DNA from: Halieaceae bacterium
GTDB taxonomy: Bacteria; Pseudomonadota; Gammaproteobacteria; Pseudomonadales; Halieaceae
Assembly (NCBI GenBank): GCA_902613175.1
Contig: CACMGJ010000001.1
Location: forward strand, 37,569-101,568
Length of the DNA: 64,000 nucleotides
Direction of reading: 5' to 3'
Shown piece by piece: positions 10,970-22,336 of the stretch. Below the pieces are notes generated by a model, which did not search any database, had not been told where the DNA came from, and was given only the letters and a program-made list of their open reading frames with translations. The position numbers and the translations under genes were made by a program. Positions within the stretch are counted from its first letter, which is position 1; each line of letters opens with the position of its first letter.

Positions 10970-12064
10970 CTATTGGTCGCCACCTGTCGCCATGTCAGCC
11001 ATATCACTCGCCTCAGGCATTTCGGCCGCTTCGTCAGCGGGCGCTTCAGGCTCTGGTCGCGCAAGACGAGCAAGGTTTGGGTAGTCCTTGATCATGTTGG
11101 CGCCCAGTAGGGGTTTGTAAGCACCCTGGTGGCAGGTTTCGCAGTTAACTTTCTGCGCATCACCCAGCTTTCCAAGACGGTGAGGCGGTAGCCAGTCGGT
11201 GGTGGGATCAACGTAGTCGTTGTTCATCTCACGGACCATTCGAATACCATGCCAGGCTGTCGCGCGCTGAGGAGAGCTTTCCTCCCAACGTGAGAAGGCG
11301 CGCGAGTTGTGGCAGTAGGTGCAATTCACGCCTAACGCACTGGAGAAGTGCATCATTAGGCTATATCCCCACTCAGATTCTTTGAGTGATACACCGCCCT
11401 CATCCCGCAGCGCAGTTGTGCCCGCATGACGCCCGTTTCTTGCGTCGAGTAAGTAGGGTGTGAATGGGTCAACTGGCAACGATGACAATCCCGCAGCGAC
11501 TGAAGAAACGTTTTGCATCTGGTTCTTCATGCCACCTGCGACCGTATGGCCGGGATTGATGTTCCAAACGTACTCAGGCACGTTTTTCCCGCGGTGGCAG
11601 GTATAGCAAGTGACACCCGCGCCGCCGACGTGTTGGCTCCAGTTCTCGTTGGCGTTCTGAGTCATCTGGATCATTACGCGCGCTACCTTTTTGGTGTAGA
11701 GCGTGTCCGCCGCGAATCCTTCACCCGCAACGTGACAGTAATTACATCCTTCCTCCGGTGAGACCCACTCGGTAATGGCGGCCATCAGACGTGTGAACTC
11801 ACCCACCGATAGGTCACCAAGAACCTGAACGTTTTGATAAACGTCCTTGGACTTAGGTCCGACAGCGGGAACCGCGGGCAGGGCCTCTGGAACGATATTG
11901 TTTGCGTCCAGCTCGTTCAGGGTGTCGGGATTGTAAAGACCCTCCATCCCCGTGCCGCGGTAGCCCCATTGAGTTGATTCGGGTGGTGGCATTTCACAGC
12001 CACCGAGCAGTAGCACCGTACCCAGACCAACAGTTGCAAATAGTTTGGTCGTTAGCGTTTTCAT
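10970..12064 (-). CDS. pufC: Reaction-centre tetraheme cytochrome c subunit (lipoprotein)
   Basis: Lipobox LLLGGC; GYRGTGM; four CxxCH motifs (CNYCH, CYTCH, CTYCH, CETCH). Confidence 0.97.
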   Translation of the reverse strand: MKTLTTKLFATVGLGTVLLLGGCEMPPPESTQWGYRGTGMEGLYNPDTLNELDANNIVPEALPAVPAVGPKSKDVYQNVQVLGDLSVGEFTRLMAAITEWVSPEEGCNYCHVAGEGFAADTLYTKKVARVMIQMTQNANENWSQHVGGAGVTCYTCHRGKNVPEYVWNINPGHTVAGGMKNQMQNVSSVAAGLSSLPVDPFTPYLLDARNGRHAGTTALRDEGGVSLKESEWGYSLMMHFSSALGVNCTYCHNSRAFSRWEESSPQRATAWHGIRMVREMNNDYVDPTTDWLPPHRLGKLGDAQKVNCETCHQGAYKPLLGANMIKDYPNLARLARPEPEAPADEAAEMPEASDMADMATGGDQ

Positions 12065-13035
12065 TGTGCACCCTCAGTCAGTAGTGGATCGACGACCGCT
12101 TCGCCAATCATTGGATAGGTGGGTACGAGACCGTGCTTCATGCCCCACAGATACCAGTTTTCTACAACGGTTCCCGTGAGGAGGATGCCGATACCGCCCG
12201 TGACACAAGTCAGCACACCGAACCACCATGCCCACTTGTGGATGGATTCCATTGAAGCGTTGAAGCCCATGGTCCATCTCCAGAAGAGGGCACCGCGTTC
12301 TGCGGCTGTACCACGATCGGTGATTTGATCGATTTCACGGTCTGCGCCATATCGGCTAGTCGCCAAAATTGTGGCCCCGTGCATCGCAAATAAGACCGCT
12401 GATCCGTACAGGAAGAAGATGCTCCACATGTGGAATGGGTTGTAGAACAGATTCCCGTAACGCAGTGAGAACGCAGCAGTCCAATCTAGGTGAGGGAAAA
12501 TCCCAAAGGGCACCGCTTCAGACCAGCTCCCCATCAGAACAGGGCGAATGAAGCCCAACACAAGATAGAGCCAAATCGCTGCTGCGAAGGCCCACGCCAA
12601 GTGATTTCCCATGCCGTAGTTTTTGGCGAGTGCGAACGTGCGCCACCACCAGAGCATGATCGAAAGTGTTAAAAAAGCACCCGCTATCAGCCACCATCCG
12701 CCATCATTAAGTGGTGGAAAAGAGAGGCCGTACTGGGGTCCAGGAGGCTCAAGTGCTAACCAAAATAGTTGGCGAACAAACTCAATAACATCCCAATTGA
12801 CCGAAGCAAACATATTCAGGCCAATGATTAAGAACGCAATGGTACCTGTAAAGAGCGCTGCTACACCTAATGGCCCAAGGTATATGGGTCCAATTTGTGC
12901 GTCACCTAATTTCCCCATCAGATAGCTGTGGGTGAGAATGCCCGAGCGATCATCGTGTGTGTTCTCTACGGGGACGCCCGCGTAGTCAGGTGCAGATACC
13001 TGAACCGTTGTGAAGATATTTTGATATTCCATCAT
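12061..13035 (-). CDS. pufM: Reaction centre M subunit
   Basis: [64 protein letters not shown]. Confidence 0.99.
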   Translation of the reverse strand: MMEYQNIFTTVQVSAPDYAGVPVENTHDDRSGILTHSYLMGKLGDAQIGPIYLGPLGVAALFTGTIAFLIIGLNMFASVNWDVIEFVRQLFWLALEPPGPQYGLSFPPLNDGGWWLIAGAFLTLSIMLWWWRTFALAKNYGMGNHLAWAFAAAIWLYLVLGFIRPVLMGSWSEAVPFGIFPHLDWTAAFSLRYGNLFYNPFHMWSIFFLYGSAVLFAMHGATILATSRYGADREIDQITDRGTAAERGALFWRWTMGFNASMESIHKWAWWFGVLTCVTGGIGILLTGTVVENWYLWGMKHGLVPTYPMIGEAVVDPLLTEGAQ

Positions 13036-13051
13036 CGTAGTGGTCCTCTTA

Positions 13052-13876
13052 TCAGTACCAGATAGGCAGCGTTAGCCACCAGTTCCACCATTCAGGCCAT
13101 CCGCGGGTCCAAAATGGACCGCTGATGACGATGCATACAGCACTCCAAAATGCCGCCGAAACAGCCACAAACATGCCCAGGCGGTGAATGCCCAGAGCGC
13201 CAATGGAGTAACCAATGTCGTCGCGGAAATATGTGTTCTCGTGCTCACCTGTCTTAACCGTTTCACCTTCCCTTGGGTTGGTGGCCATGAGAATCAATGA
13301 TCCATGCATGGACAACGCCAGAGCGGTCGTGAAGAAGAAGGTCACCGCGAGCATATGCGCTGGGTTGTAATGGAAGTGCAGGAATTGATAGCCGACGTTT
13401 GACACCCAGTCGAGGTGGCTCATGATGCCGTAGGGGAAACCATGACCCCAGGCTCCGAGGAGCATCGGACGAATAATGACCAGCGTCACGTAGGCCAAAA
13501 CAGCGAAGGAGAAGGCGAAGGGAACATGCAAGCCCATACCGAGTTTTCTCGATATTTCGACCTGACGCAAAATCCACGAAACAAAGGCACCTGTGGCACA
13601 AATCGTAATGATTTGCCAGAGTCCGCCCTCCTTTAACGGAGCCAAGCCCAACCCGTAAGACAGATCAGGTGGCGCGATATTAATGCGCCAGATATTCCAC
13701 GTGTCGCCTAGGGCTGCACCGTAGAAAATTAGCGCTGTTCCAGTGACGGCAAAGAACAGGGTCGTAATCCCGAAGAATCCGACATAGAACGGCCCTACCC
13801 AGAAATCGAAAAGATCTCCGCCGAGAAGGGTGCCCCCTCGGACTCGATACTTTCTCTCAAAGCTCATCATCGACAT
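13052..13876 (-). CDS. pufL: Reaction centre L subunit
   Basis: [56 protein letters not shown]. Confidence 0.99.
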   Translation of the reverse strand: MSMMSFERKYRVRGGTLLGGDLFDFWVGPFYVGFFGITTLFFAVTGTALIFYGAALGDTWNIWRINIAPPDLSYGLGLAPLKEGGLWQIITICATGAFVSWILRQVEISRKLGMGLHVPFAFSFAVLAYVTLVIIRPMLLGAWGHGFPYGIMSHLDWVSNVGYQFLHFHYNPAHMLAVTFFFTTALALSMHGSLILMATNPREGETVKTGEHENTYFRDDIGYSIGALGIHRLGMFVAVSAAFWSAVCIVISGPFWTRGWPEWWNWWLTLPIWY

Positions 13877-13952
13877 TGCATACTTCTCCCTTCAGAGCGC
13901 ATTGCGCTCCCTTCTTCCAGCCCGCGGTGACTACTTGGGCTGATTTATCTAT

Positions 13953-13974
13953 CTCCAAGCCCGAAAGCTTGGAG
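13953..13974 (-). other. Intercistronic hairpin between pufQ and pufL
   Basis: CTCCAAGC-CCGAAA-GCTTGGAG perfect 8-bp stem ~10 bp after the pufQ stop, with no U-tract. A stabiliser or processing role is inferred. Confidence 0.5.
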
Positions 13975-13984
13975 CCACACTTCG

Positions 13985-14191
13985 TTAAATTCTCATGAAG
14001 GCGTAGGGCGCAACGCTGTGTGCTGCACGCTTAGCCTCCTGCCAACAGTTAAGTTCGTGTTGCCGCACTAACTTCACCCGCGTAATCACCGCCTGCCCCA
14101 AAAACCACACGAATACCGTGATAAACAGCAGACGAAACTGCAGGTGTTCCCAGACAGTTTTACGCTCTGTATGTCGCTTGCTTGTGGTCAT
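13985..14191 (-). CDS. pufQ: PufQ-like small membrane protein (68 aa)
   Basis: One TM segment and a C-terminal EAKRAAHSVAPYAF resembling the PufQ tail. Sits between bchZ and the puf structural genes. GGAGGA RBS before ATG at 14191. Confidence 0.65.
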   Translation of the reverse strand: MTTSKRHTERKTVWEHLQFRLLFITVFVWFLGQAVITRVKLVRQHELNCWQEAKRAAHSVAPYAFMRI

Positions 14192-14244
14192 GCTTCCTCC
14201 CGTCATCGATGTTTGTCGTGCCGTGTTGTTGTAATTAGCGTTCC

Positions 14245-15693
14245 TCATGCAACACCCCTCAGCTGAAGGTCATGGCCTGCATTGAGTACATGTATGTCCG
14301 TTACGGAGTCCGAGTCATCGGCTCGAGCCGCTTGCTCGGCGCTATCCCGGAGACGCTTGGCTGCAGAGATGCGAACCAAAACGGGTTGCTCTTCAATGAT
14401 CTGATCAAGAAGTACTTGCGCTTCGTCTAGCCAGGGAAGGCTGGCGCGCGTCGGTGTCGCAATTGTTTGATCAAGGTCAGTGCCTAAAGGCAATATGTTG
14501 AACAGGGCATCAAAGAGTGCGTTGCATACTTCTTGAATAAGATAGCAGGCGCCTGCATAGCCCATGAAGGGTGTGCCCGTATGGCGACGGATAATCGTGC
14601 CCGGCAGCGATGCGGGAATAAACATACTCCGACCGCCAGCCTCGGCCACATACATACGCTCGTTATAGCCACCAAAGACAATAAGAGGACCTGTTCGGTA
14701 GATCGCTTCTCTCACTTCTTTGTTGTCAGGTTTTACGCCCGCTTTTCGCGAATAGTGGAAGGCGCAGGGCAATCCCAGATCCTCCTCTAAGAAGTGACGG
14801 AGTCCGCGTGTGTACGTCTCGGTTGCGACAACGCCAAAGTTGGCTGTTGCGAAGAAGTCTTGAGTGACTGAGCGCCATAGATCCCACACGGGCTTTAGCG
14901 TTGTCATCTTTTCTTGCGCGATAAATGGCTCTGGGTCGATGTCCAGTAGCTCACCTAGCTTTTGCAAGAATTTCGTCGTGCTATCAAGCCCAATAGGTGC
15001 TTGAAGATAGGGTTTATCCAGGGCTTCACATAGTTTTCTGCCGAATTCTCGATACATGCAGATATTGACCGCGGCATCGTCTAGCTTCGGAATCTCATTG
15101 AGGTGACACCCCAATGGGAAGACCATGTTCACCTCAACTCCCATGCCTGCGAGGAGTCGCTGAATCTCGGCGAGATCTGACCAGGTGTTGAAGTAACCGT
15201 AGGCGGGTCCAATGATATTGACCTTCTTGGTTTCCGCGTTAGCGTCAGATTTTTTCGCTTTGCGCTTCTTGGTCGCACCGTACTGCTCCCAAAGCCAAAC
15301 CAGTGCACGATCGGCACTTTGCCATTGATCCTCGTCAATTGTGCGGGGGAGGAAACGTTTGATATTCGTATCTTCGGGCGTTACCCCACCACCAATCATT
15401 TCGGCAATAGAACCCGTTACCACAACCGATGGCTTCTTCGGGTCAAGCGTATGATGAGCGCGTCTCAGTGCGCCTTCTGTTCCATGCTGTCCCAGTTCCT
15501 CTTCAGCGAGCCCCGTGACAACAATAGGGAGTTCGTGTGGTGGTAGGCCATCTGTGTAATGAAGCACCGATGTGACCGGCAGGTTTTCACAACCCACAGG
15601 TCCATCAATGATGACTTGCAGCCCTTTTACAGCTGTGAAGACATAAACAGAGCCCCAGTAACCACCTGCGCGATCGTGATCAAGTACAAGCAT
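14245..15693 (-). CDS. bchZ: Chlorophyllide a reductase subunit Z
   Basis: Starts [14 protein letters not shown]; [10 protein letters not shown]; TAATG coupling to the bchY stop; C-terminal PCP_red-like WLDEAQ...[11 protein letters not shown]. Confidence 0.97.
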   Translation of the reverse strand: MLVLDHDRAGGYWGSVYVFTAVKGLQVIIDGPVGCENLPVTSVLHYTDGLPPHELPIVVTGLAEEELGQHGTEGALRRAHHTLDPKKPSVVVTGSIAEMIGGGVTPEDTNIKRFLPRTIDEDQWQSADRALVWLWEQYGATKKRKAKKSDANAETKKVNIIGPAYGYFNTWSDLAEIQRLLAGMGVEVNMVFPLGCHLNEIPKLDDAAVNICMYREFGRKLCEALDKPYLQAPIGLDSTTKFLQKLGELLDIDPEPFIAQEKMTTLKPVWDLWRSVTQDFFATANFGVVATETYTRGLRHFLEEDLGLPCAFHYSRKAGVKPDNKEVREAIYRTGPLIVFGGYNERMYVAEAGGRSMFIPASLPGTIIRRHTGTPFMGYAGACYLIQEVCNALFDALFNILPLGTDLDQTIATPTRASLPWLDEAQVLLDQIIEEQPVLVRISAAKRLRDSAEQAARADDSDSVTDIHVLNAGHDLQLRGVA

Positions 15694-17150
15694 TAGCAGG
15701 TACCTCCCACGCCAGTTTTCGCGATTATTTCCGGGGTCCATACACCACTGGTTGGGCCTTCACCCACACCCTCAAAGAAAGATTCCATTGCGATCATGCG
15801 CGGCTGATTCGCTAACGCACTGTTGATCACTTGTGCTACTGATCCTGCGCCCGCTGCACCCATGAGTGGGCGCGCAGAGATCAGGTTCGTAAAATACAAG
15901 CTTGGGATTGATCGCTCTTTCGCTTTTTGTACGATTGGTGTCGTTCCTATCACAAGATCGGGCTTAAAGGTTTCCATCGCGATGAGGTCATCCTCTAGCG
16001 AGGCTCTGAATTTGACAGAGACACCCTTACTTTCGAGCCATTCGGCATCTAACGCTGAAAATTCGGTTTTAGGGCAAGCTGAGCCAACATAGGAAACGTC
16101 AGCACCGCTCTCTATCAATAGTCTTGCTACAAGAAGCTCAGAGCCTTCGTAGCCTGATAGCGTAATTTTGGCGTCAATGGGGTTGTTATCCAGTGCGGCG
16201 CGAATAGCACTTTTTTGCGTGCTGATTGCGGCGTCGATGGACGCGCGATCGGCACCCAAGAGTTCGCCCATGGCTTCAAGCCATGCGGCGGTACCTTCAA
16301 CACCGACGGGTGCCGAGCCTAACAATGGTCGTCCTGCAGCCCTAAACTGACGTGCTGTGGCCGCGTAAAATGGGTGAATCATGGCCGCTGCTTTGCAATC
16401 GAGTGCGCCATAAAGCTCGCGCCACTCTCGAGTAGGAACGACGGGGCCTGCTGCGGCGTCCAGTGAGTCCAGCAGGCGATCGATGGTGATCGCATCGACA
16501 GGGAACATTTCGCCCACAAGCGCTACGGTCGGCTTATCTTTTTGAGATTCACTTTGGACGGGGCGTGCAACGGGACCCGCTTCGATTTCACCCCGAGCGT
16601 ATTCCAGCATGGCGCCAGCAAGTACATCTTTGGCCTCAGCGTGAGTTGGGACTCCGAAGCCAGGAACATCGATGCCCACAATTCGCACACCATTGATTTC
16701 CTTGGGTAAAAGATCAAGAGGTACGCCTGACGCGGTTGGCACACACAAATTAATGATAACGACCGCGTCATTAGCTTCAGGGTCGGCAAGATCATGAGCG
16801 GCTTCGCGAATATCCTCGAAGAGCTTTCCCGTCACGAGGGACTCTGAGTCGAAAGGAACGTAGCCAACGGTCCGCTTAGCGCCGTAGAAGTGCGATGTAA
16901 AGGTCAGACCATAGACGCAACAGGCCGATCCTGACAGAACCGTCGCCGTTCTGCGCATTCGCAGACCGACACGTAAAGAGCCAAACGCAGGGCACATGCT
17001 CTGGGGTTGATCGTGTGGGCCCTTGGGATAATCCTCGGCAAACTGCGCCATGAGCTCGTTCTTGCCCGCTGCCGTGGCTGCCGCTGCCAATTGCTCGGCA
17101 CTCGCGTGACAACCCAGGTCCTTTGTCTCGATGATGTCGGCGTCAGACAT
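15693..17150 (-). CDS. bchY: Chlorophyllide a reductase subunit Y
   Basis: [46 protein letters not shown]. Start probably 17150 or 17156, overlapping the bchX end. Confidence 0.96.
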   Translation of the reverse strand: MSDADIIETKDLGCHASAEQLAAAATAAGKNELMAQFAEDYPKGPHDQPQSMCPAFGSLRVGLRMRRTATVLSGSACCVYGLTFTSHFYGAKRTVGYVPFDSESLVTGKLFEDIREAAHDLADPEANDAVVIINLCVPTASGVPLDLLPKEINGVRIVGIDVPGFGVPTHAEAKDVLAGAMLEYARGEIEAGPVARPVQSESQKDKPTVALVGEMFPVDAITIDRLLDSLDAAAGPVVPTREWRELYGALDCKAAAMIHPFYAATARQFRAAGRPLLGSAPVGVEGTAAWLEAMGELLGADRASIDAAISTQKSAIRAALDNNPIDAKITLSGYEGSELLVARLLIESGADVSYVGSACPKTEFSALDAEWLESKGVSVKFRASLEDDLIAMETFKPDLVIGTTPIVQKAKERSIPSLYFTNLISARPLMGAAGAGSVAQVINSALANQPRMIAMESFFEGVGEGPTSGVWTPEIIAKTGVGGTC

Positions 17151-18141
17151 TGTCATAGACGACCTCGAGAGACGGTTTGTTGAGTGTTTCGACGCTGCAC
17201 AGATCCGCAAGCGTGGCGGGTTGTAGAACGACGTCCCGACCCACCTCATCGCTATCGAATAGCCCCAAGAGTTCATCCTGAGTCATTGGCATCGGTCGGT
17301 GGGGCGAGGATTCGGCAGCATTCTGTGCCAATTCGGCAAAAAGAGAACCCCATTCACCATCAGGGTGCCCAATAATCTCGTAGCTCGCGCTTTTGCGGCG
17401 AATATCTTCATTTGCGGGGATGGATGCGAGTTCTGGGATTCCGACCGCCTCGCAAAATGCTTGCGCTTGACCCGTCCCGTCGTCCTTATTGGTGACCATG
17501 CCGGCAACACCCACATTACCACCGAGCTTACGGAAGTACTCGACCGCGGAGCAGACGTTGTTGGCTACATACAATGATTGGAGGTCATTCGACGCGACAA
17601 CAATCACTTTTTGGCACATGTCACGGGCGATGGGCAGACCGAAGCCGCCGCATACGACATCGCCAAGGAAATCGAGCAGTACGTAGTCGAAATCCCAATC
17701 GTGGAATCCAAGCTTTTCTAATGTTTCGAATCCGTGAATGATTCCACGACCGCCGCAACCTCGGCCCACTTCAGGACCACCCAGTTCCATGGCGTAAACA
17801 CCATCGCGCTTAAAGCAAACGTCTTCTACCCGGCACTCTTCACCAGCTGCTTTTTTCGCCGAGGCGGTTTCAATGATGGTAGGGCAGGCTTTTCCACCGA
17901 AGAGGAGAGAGGTGGTATCACTTTTTGGGTCACACCCAATAAGCAGTACTTTCTTGCCTTGCTGGGCCATCATGTAGCTTAGGTTGGCGAGGGTAAAACT
18001 TTTACCAATTCCCCCCTTGCCGTAAATAGCGATGATCTGTGTCCCTTCAGCGTTATCCGCTGATGTGGCGAGAAGGTCTGCCCGTTCTCCACTCGCCTCG
18101 AGTCCTGGATCATATTCAGTTGCTGTTGCAATCGTGCTCAT
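17143..18141 (-). CDS. bchX: Chlorophyllide a reductase Fe protein
   Basis: [40 protein letters not shown]-terminal SLEVVYDNV. Confidence 0.97.
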   Translation of the reverse strand: MSTIATATEYDPGLEASGERADLLATSADNAEGTQIIAIYGKGGIGKSFTLANLSYMMAQQGKKVLLIGCDPKSDTTSLLFGGKACPTIIETASAKKAAGEECRVEDVCFKRDGVYAMELGGPEVGRGCGGRGIIHGFETLEKLGFHDWDFDYVLLDFLGDVVCGGFGLPIARDMCQKVIVVASNDLQSLYVANNVCSAVEYFRKLGGNVGVAGMVTNKDDGTGQAQAFCEAVGIPELASIPANEDIRRKSASYEIIGHPDGEWGSLFAELAQNAAESSPHRPMPMTQDELLGLFDSDEVGRDVVLQPATLADLCSVETLNKPSLEVVYDNV

Positions 18142-19088
18142 GTCGATCTCCAGTCGATGACCATTTTTAGGCAGCGACTGTCATTAAATGCTCGGTCGTA
18201 GGCGTGAGTGGCCCGAGTTGCTGGCATGACATCTGTTATCAACTGGGAAAAATCCAGTGTGCCATCGGACGCCAGTCGTGCTGCTTCTTTAAGGTCTTGT
18301 GGTTGCCATTCCGCGCTTACTAAGAGATTGATTTCCCTCATAAATGCGGGTGGAAAGTCGAATGTAACGGCAGACGAATAGAAGCCAGCCATCACGACCG
18401 TTGCGCCTGGTTTGCAACGAGCGATCATTTGATTCAGCGCATCGGCGCTACCACTCACGTCGCAGACCACCGAATAATCATGTCTTGGATCTTGGGTCGT
18501 GTCGTAGACGGTATAGTCGAGCCCAGATGGCCTGCGCGCAGGATCTCTCTCCCATACTGTGGGCGATGTGCCGTGAATGACGCGTGTTAGCCGTGCGAGT
18601 AGCTGCCCAAGGACACCGTGACCAACAATAAGGTCAGGCGGGCCTATATGTTCGCAGCGACGAAGCGCATGCAATGCAGTAGCGGCTAACGCAAGTAACA
18701 CACCGTTGGGGCCCAGCTTCTCCGGTAGAGGGATGAGCCGATCATCGGGGCAGATAAGGTGTCGCGCGCTTCCGCCGAATAAGTTCTTAGCATCGGTGAA
18801 TCCGACGCTGCCGGGGGCAAACACATAGGTACCGGGCCGTAAGGCTGATCCCTCGGGAGACTCCAAAACCTTCCCCACCGTTTCGTAGCCTGGAATCAAT
18901 GGGTAACCAAGACCCGGGAAGGGTGGCATCCGCCCGGTCAACATGAGTCGCTCGGTGCCCGTGCTAATACCGGACCAGTCAGATTCGATGAGGCATTCAT
19001 TGGCGGCGGGCGCACGCAAAGAAGCCTCACGGACTTCTAGCGTCCCTGGCTTCTCGAAAATAACCGCTGTTGTCTTCTTATAGGTCAC
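18138..19088 (-). CDS. bchC: 3-hydroxyethyl bacteriochlorophyllide a dehydrogenase
   Basis: WSGISTGTER, MPPFPGLGYPLIPGYE, LLALAATALHA, GHGVLG, CLKMVIDW. Confidence 0.96.
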   Translation of the reverse strand: MTYKKTTAVIFEKPGTLEVREASLRAPAANECLIESDWSGISTGTERLMLTGRMPPFPGLGYPLIPGYETVGKVLESPEGSALRPGTYVFAPGSVGFTDAKNLFGGSARHLICPDDRLIPLPEKLGPNGVLLALAATALHALRRCEHIGPPDLIVGHGVLGQLLARLTRVIHGTSPTVWERDPARRPSGLDYTVYDTTQDPRHDYSVVCDVSGSADALNQMIARCKPGATVVMAGFYSSAVTFDFPPAFMREINLLVSAEWQPQDLKEAARLASDGTLDFSQLITDVMPATRATHAYDRAFNDSRCLKMVIDWRST

Positions 19089-19154
19089 GGTCGTATGGCC
19101 TCAATTCCTAGCAGAGTGCGGGCTAGGCCTGTTTAGAAACAGTTACTCATTATA

Positions 19155-19198
19155 TGTAATATTAATAATACATATAAAAGTGTCAATAAAAAATGACA
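19155..19198. promoter_or_regulatory. Tandem PpsR/CrtJ boxes upstream of bchC
   Basis: TGTAATATTAATAATACA (19155-72) and TGTCAATAAAAAATGACA (19181-98). Both are exact TGT-N12-ACA, 8 bp apart. Confidence 0.92.
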
Positions 19199-20337
19199 TT
19201 TGGTCTTTTTGCCGTAATCACACGGACCAGAGCTGGAATGTGTGTTCGGTTTTCTTTAATTCCCTGAAAGCCGGCGCGCTTGAGGGCAGCCGTTAATTCC
19301 TTACGGGTTCGAGGTCTGCCGCTACCCATTGCCCAAAGATAAAACCCAAAGTAGGAGTGCCCAATCGCTTCGGCGTTACGTGTGCCCGCCATTGGCTCCG
19401 CAATAATGAGCTGACCTCCATTCGGTAATGCATCGAAACATCGGCTCAGGAGGTGATCTACTGGTGCATCATCGTGATCATGGAGAATGCGGACTAAGCT
19501 GATCGTGTCGAAGCTTTTAGGGATTGGGTCCTCGAACATGTTTCCGGAAACGACTTCCATCTCACCCCGGTGGCGGGGCGAAATGGCTGCTATGACCTGA
19601 GGCAAATCGAAAACGGCAGTCGAGGCATAGGGGAATCGCTCCGATGCCAGTCGCGCGAACGTGCCGGTTCCGCCGCCAATATCAAGTAATCGCTGTCCCG
19701 GTTTGAGCTTAATAGCGTCTAAAATATGGTTTGCGATGAGGTGTTGTGAATCCGCCATCAATTCGCTGTAACGGGCAGAAGCTATTGGGTCGTTATGGAC
19801 GCCATCGACGTACGGCCAATAGCCACGGAGTGCCGCCCCTTCTCGCGCTCTAAGTAAGTGCGCAGGATCAGCCATATCTCGGTATAGTAGGTCGTGGTGG
19901 CGAAGCATGCTTTGCACGCCTGGGTTTCCGTGAATTGACGCCCCGAGTTCTCCCAATGTCCACGTGTTGGGCTCTACTTTCTGAAGAAGGTCAATGGCCG
20001 TCGCGGCTTTTATAAGCGTTAATGCGGCATCCTGCTCGAGGTCGCAAGCACGTGCGATTTCGTCGAGCGTGGCTATTCTGTCTTTCAGGCACTCGAGTAA
20101 ACCTAGCTTGTAAGCCGCGCTGAGCGTCTGAGAGTAAACAAAGCCTGCGAGAATGTGATGAAGGTCGGTCGCCCGTGTACGTGCGATGGATTGTGCTATT
20201 GGCAACCTTGCAGCCCATTTCTGGAATGTGTTGCTTCGAAGCATCCGGTTTCGCCACAGTAAAAAGCGGGCGTAGCGACCCGAGGGTCTGTCTTTTGAGT
20301 CGGCGTACTTGGGCTCGGTTGTGGAGGGTATGGCCAT
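19183..20337 (-). CDS. crtF: Demethylspheroidene/hydroxyneurosporene O-methyltransferase
   Basis: FQKWAARLP, AGFVYSQ, LLDIGGGTG, LVRILHDHDD, YFGFYLWAMGSGRPR. Confidence 0.95.
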   Translation of the reverse strand: MAIPSTTEPKYADSKDRPSGRYARFLLWRNRMLRSNTFQKWAARLPIAQSIARTRATDLHHILAGFVYSQTLSAAYKLGLLECLKDRIATLDEIARACDLEQDAALTLIKAATAIDLLQKVEPNTWTLGELGASIHGNPGVQSMLRHHDLLYRDMADPAHLLRAREGAALRGYWPYVDGVHNDPIASARYSELMADSQHLIANHILDAIKLKPGQRLLDIGGGTGTFARLASERFPYASTAVFDLPQVIAAISPRHRGEMEVVSGNMFEDPIPKSFDTISLVRILHDHDDAPVDHLLSRCFDALPNGGQLIIAEPMAGTRNAEAIGHSYFGFYLWAMGSGRPRTRKELTAALKRAGFQGIKENRTHIPALVRVITAKRPNVIFY

Positions 20338-21227
20338 TACGCGGCCACTTGCGCAATCTTCTCGGGTACAAATCGGCTAGCCTGTGCGCGCACCAACTTC
20401 TGGAGCATGTCGTGTCCAGCGCACGCTGGCATGCTGTCCAAACCGGCCTCAAGGCATTCCTTTAGTCGTGCCACGGCTCCCTCGAGCCCTAGTTCGCGAA
20501 CCGCGCTCGGCCGATCAAGCTTCACATCGATACCGGTTGGCTTGCCCAATGTGTCGGGATCGGAAACAGCGTCCTTAATATCATCCGCTACCTGATAAGC
20601 CTCGCCAATGCTCGCTCCCAGATTAACCCATGGTCCGGGATCTACGCCCGCTGCCGCTGCGCCCGCGCATGTGGCGGCAACGAACAGCGCGCCTGTTTTT
20701 GCTCGGTGATAGCGCGATAAATCAACCCGCTGTTCGCATTCCCAGGCTTGACCTGCGCAAATGCCGTGTGGAGCGCCAACGCCCCGCGCAACGATGGTCA
20801 TGACCAGAGGTACTCGCTCTGCCCGCACAGCCTGCACCGCGTGAGCGGACAGTGTTTGGAATGCGGCTACAATCAGCGCATCACCGGTTAGTACCGCGAT
20901 TCGCTCGCCAAATTTCGAATGAACCGACGGTTTGCCGCGTCGCTGCGTCGCATCATCGAAACAAGGGAGGTCGTCGTGGACGAGTGATGCGCAATGCAGC
21001 AGCTCGACTGCGGTGGCTGCCGCATTGGCCAGTCCCACGTCACTGGAGTTATTGGCCAGCGCGACGGCTTTACAAAGCTGAGGCCGGACACGAGCACCGC
21101 CCGGAAAAACGGCATAATTCAAAGCCTGAGCGAGTAAAGGTGGGCATTGCGCAGTTGCATGTTCTGCCATTGCCTCTTCTATGTATTGCTCGCAGTCAAG
21201 TAGCGTTTTTTCCATGGCGGTCACCAT
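20337..21227 (-). CDS. crtE: Geranylgeranyl diphosphate synthase
   Basis: VFPGGARVRP, SLVHDDLPCFDD, YHRAKTGALF, YQVADD. Confidence 0.96.
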   Translation of the reverse strand: MVTAMEKTLLDCEQYIEEAMAEHATAQCPPLLAQALNYAVFPGGARVRPQLCKAVALANNSSDVGLANAAATAVELLHCASLVHDDLPCFDDATQRRGKPSVHSKFGERIAVLTGDALIVAAFQTLSAHAVQAVRAERVPLVMTIVARGVGAPHGICAGQAWECEQRVDLSRYHRAKTGALFVAATCAGAAAAGVDPGPWVNLGASIGEAYQVADDIKDAVSDPDTLGKPTGIDVKLDRPSAVRELGLEGAVARLKECLEAGLDSMPACAGHDMLQKLVRAQASRFVPEKIAQVAA

Positions 21228-21236
21228 TTTTTAAAG

Positions 21237-21279
21237 TGTTGTATTATTTATACATATTATTTGTCTATATTTCTTGACA
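21237..21279. promoter_or_regulatory. Tandem PpsR boxes in the crtE/crtC divergent promoter
   Basis: TGTTGTATTATTTATACA (21237-54) and TGTCTATATTTCTTGACA (21262-79). Both are exact TGT-N12-ACA, 7 bp apart. Confidence 0.9.
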
Positions 21280-21328
21280 CACTACGCCGATCTTGCGCAC
21301 CCTGCAAGCAATGTGCGGGAGAATTGCC

Positions 21329-22336
21329 ATGGAGCAATCATTGCTGTCTACGTCGGGAGGTTTGGGTTTCGATCTGCCCGTCTCAAAAAACGGCTATCGT
21401 TGGTGGTATGTCGACGGTTTTAGTGACTGTGGTGCGCACGGCGTAACGCTGATCTTCTTTATTGGTACTGTCTTTTCTCCGTTTTATGCCGCTGCAAGAA
21501 AGAAAGGTCCGACAGACCCAAGAGACTTTGTTTGTGTTAACGCCGTGTTTTACGAACCACAGCAAAAGCATTGGGCGATGACCGAGAGGCGGGCACGCGA
21601 CCTTCAAACCTCGTCTTCCATGCTTAAGATAGGTCCTTCATCAATGTCATTTGACGGTGAGTCGCTGACTGTCGATCTTGATGAGCGGTCAGCCCCTTTC
21701 AGGCGAGCCATCAGAGGGAAGGTCGTAATTGATATCCCCGCGCATACCGACCGGTGTTATGCGCTGCATTCAGCGGGTGAGCATCGATGGTGGCCAATTG
21801 CGCCCACGGCGCGTGTGAAAGTTTCACTGGACGCACCGAGTGTGAACTGGGAAGGATCGGGCTACGTTGATACCAATGGTGGCACGGTGGCGCTGGAAGA
21901 TACCTTCACCGATTGGCATTGGTCTCGTGCGGAAATGGGTCCCGAACACTGCCGAATCGTTTATGAAGCCCATGCCAGAGACGGTGAGACCTGTCTGATG
22001 ACGCTGTTCGGCGGTCCCAAAACAGGTATGGCGTCTGAACATTCGCCGCCGCGTCGTGATTTATCAGGTGGCCCAATTTGGCGGGTTATGCGGCCTGCGA
22101 GAAGTCATCAGGGTTTCAGCGTACAAAAGACGCTTGAGGACACGCCCTTTTACACCCGAAGTCATCTACACGATGCGTCGGGAAACAGTATCATGCATGA
22201 AAGCTTGGACCTGGAACGTTTCTCAGCGCCCTGGGTTCAGCGTCTGTTGCCCTTCAGAATGCGAAAGATCTTCTACGGTCTAGCGGATGCGAGCGATTCG
22301 CGCGTCACGGTCCCTTTCTCTAAGAGTCTCAAATAG
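21329..22336 (+). CDS. crtC: Carotenoid 1,2-hydratase (hydroxyneurosporene synthase)
   Basis: GYRWWYVDGFSDCG, FIGTVFSP, WAMTER, HRWWPIAP, GYVDTNGG, EDTPFYTRS, HESLDL, LPFRM. Start placed at the ATG after GGGAGA. Confidence 0.93.
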   Translation: MEQSLLSTSGGLGFDLPVSKNGYRWWYVDGFSDCGAHGVTLIFFIGTVFSPFYAAARKKGPTDPRDFVCVNAVFYEPQQKHWAMTERRARDLQTSSSMLKIGPSSMSFDGESLTVDLDERSAPFRRAIRGKVVIDIPAHTDRCYALHSAGEHRWWPIAPTARVKVSLDAPSVNWEGSGYVDTNGGTVALEDTFTDWHWSRAEMGPEHCRIVYEAHARDGETCLMTLFGGPKTGMASEHSPPRRDLSGGPIWRVMRPARSHQGFSVQKTLEDTPFYTRSHLHDASGNSIMHESLDLERFSAPWVQRLLPFRMRKIFYGLADASDSRVTVPFSKSLK

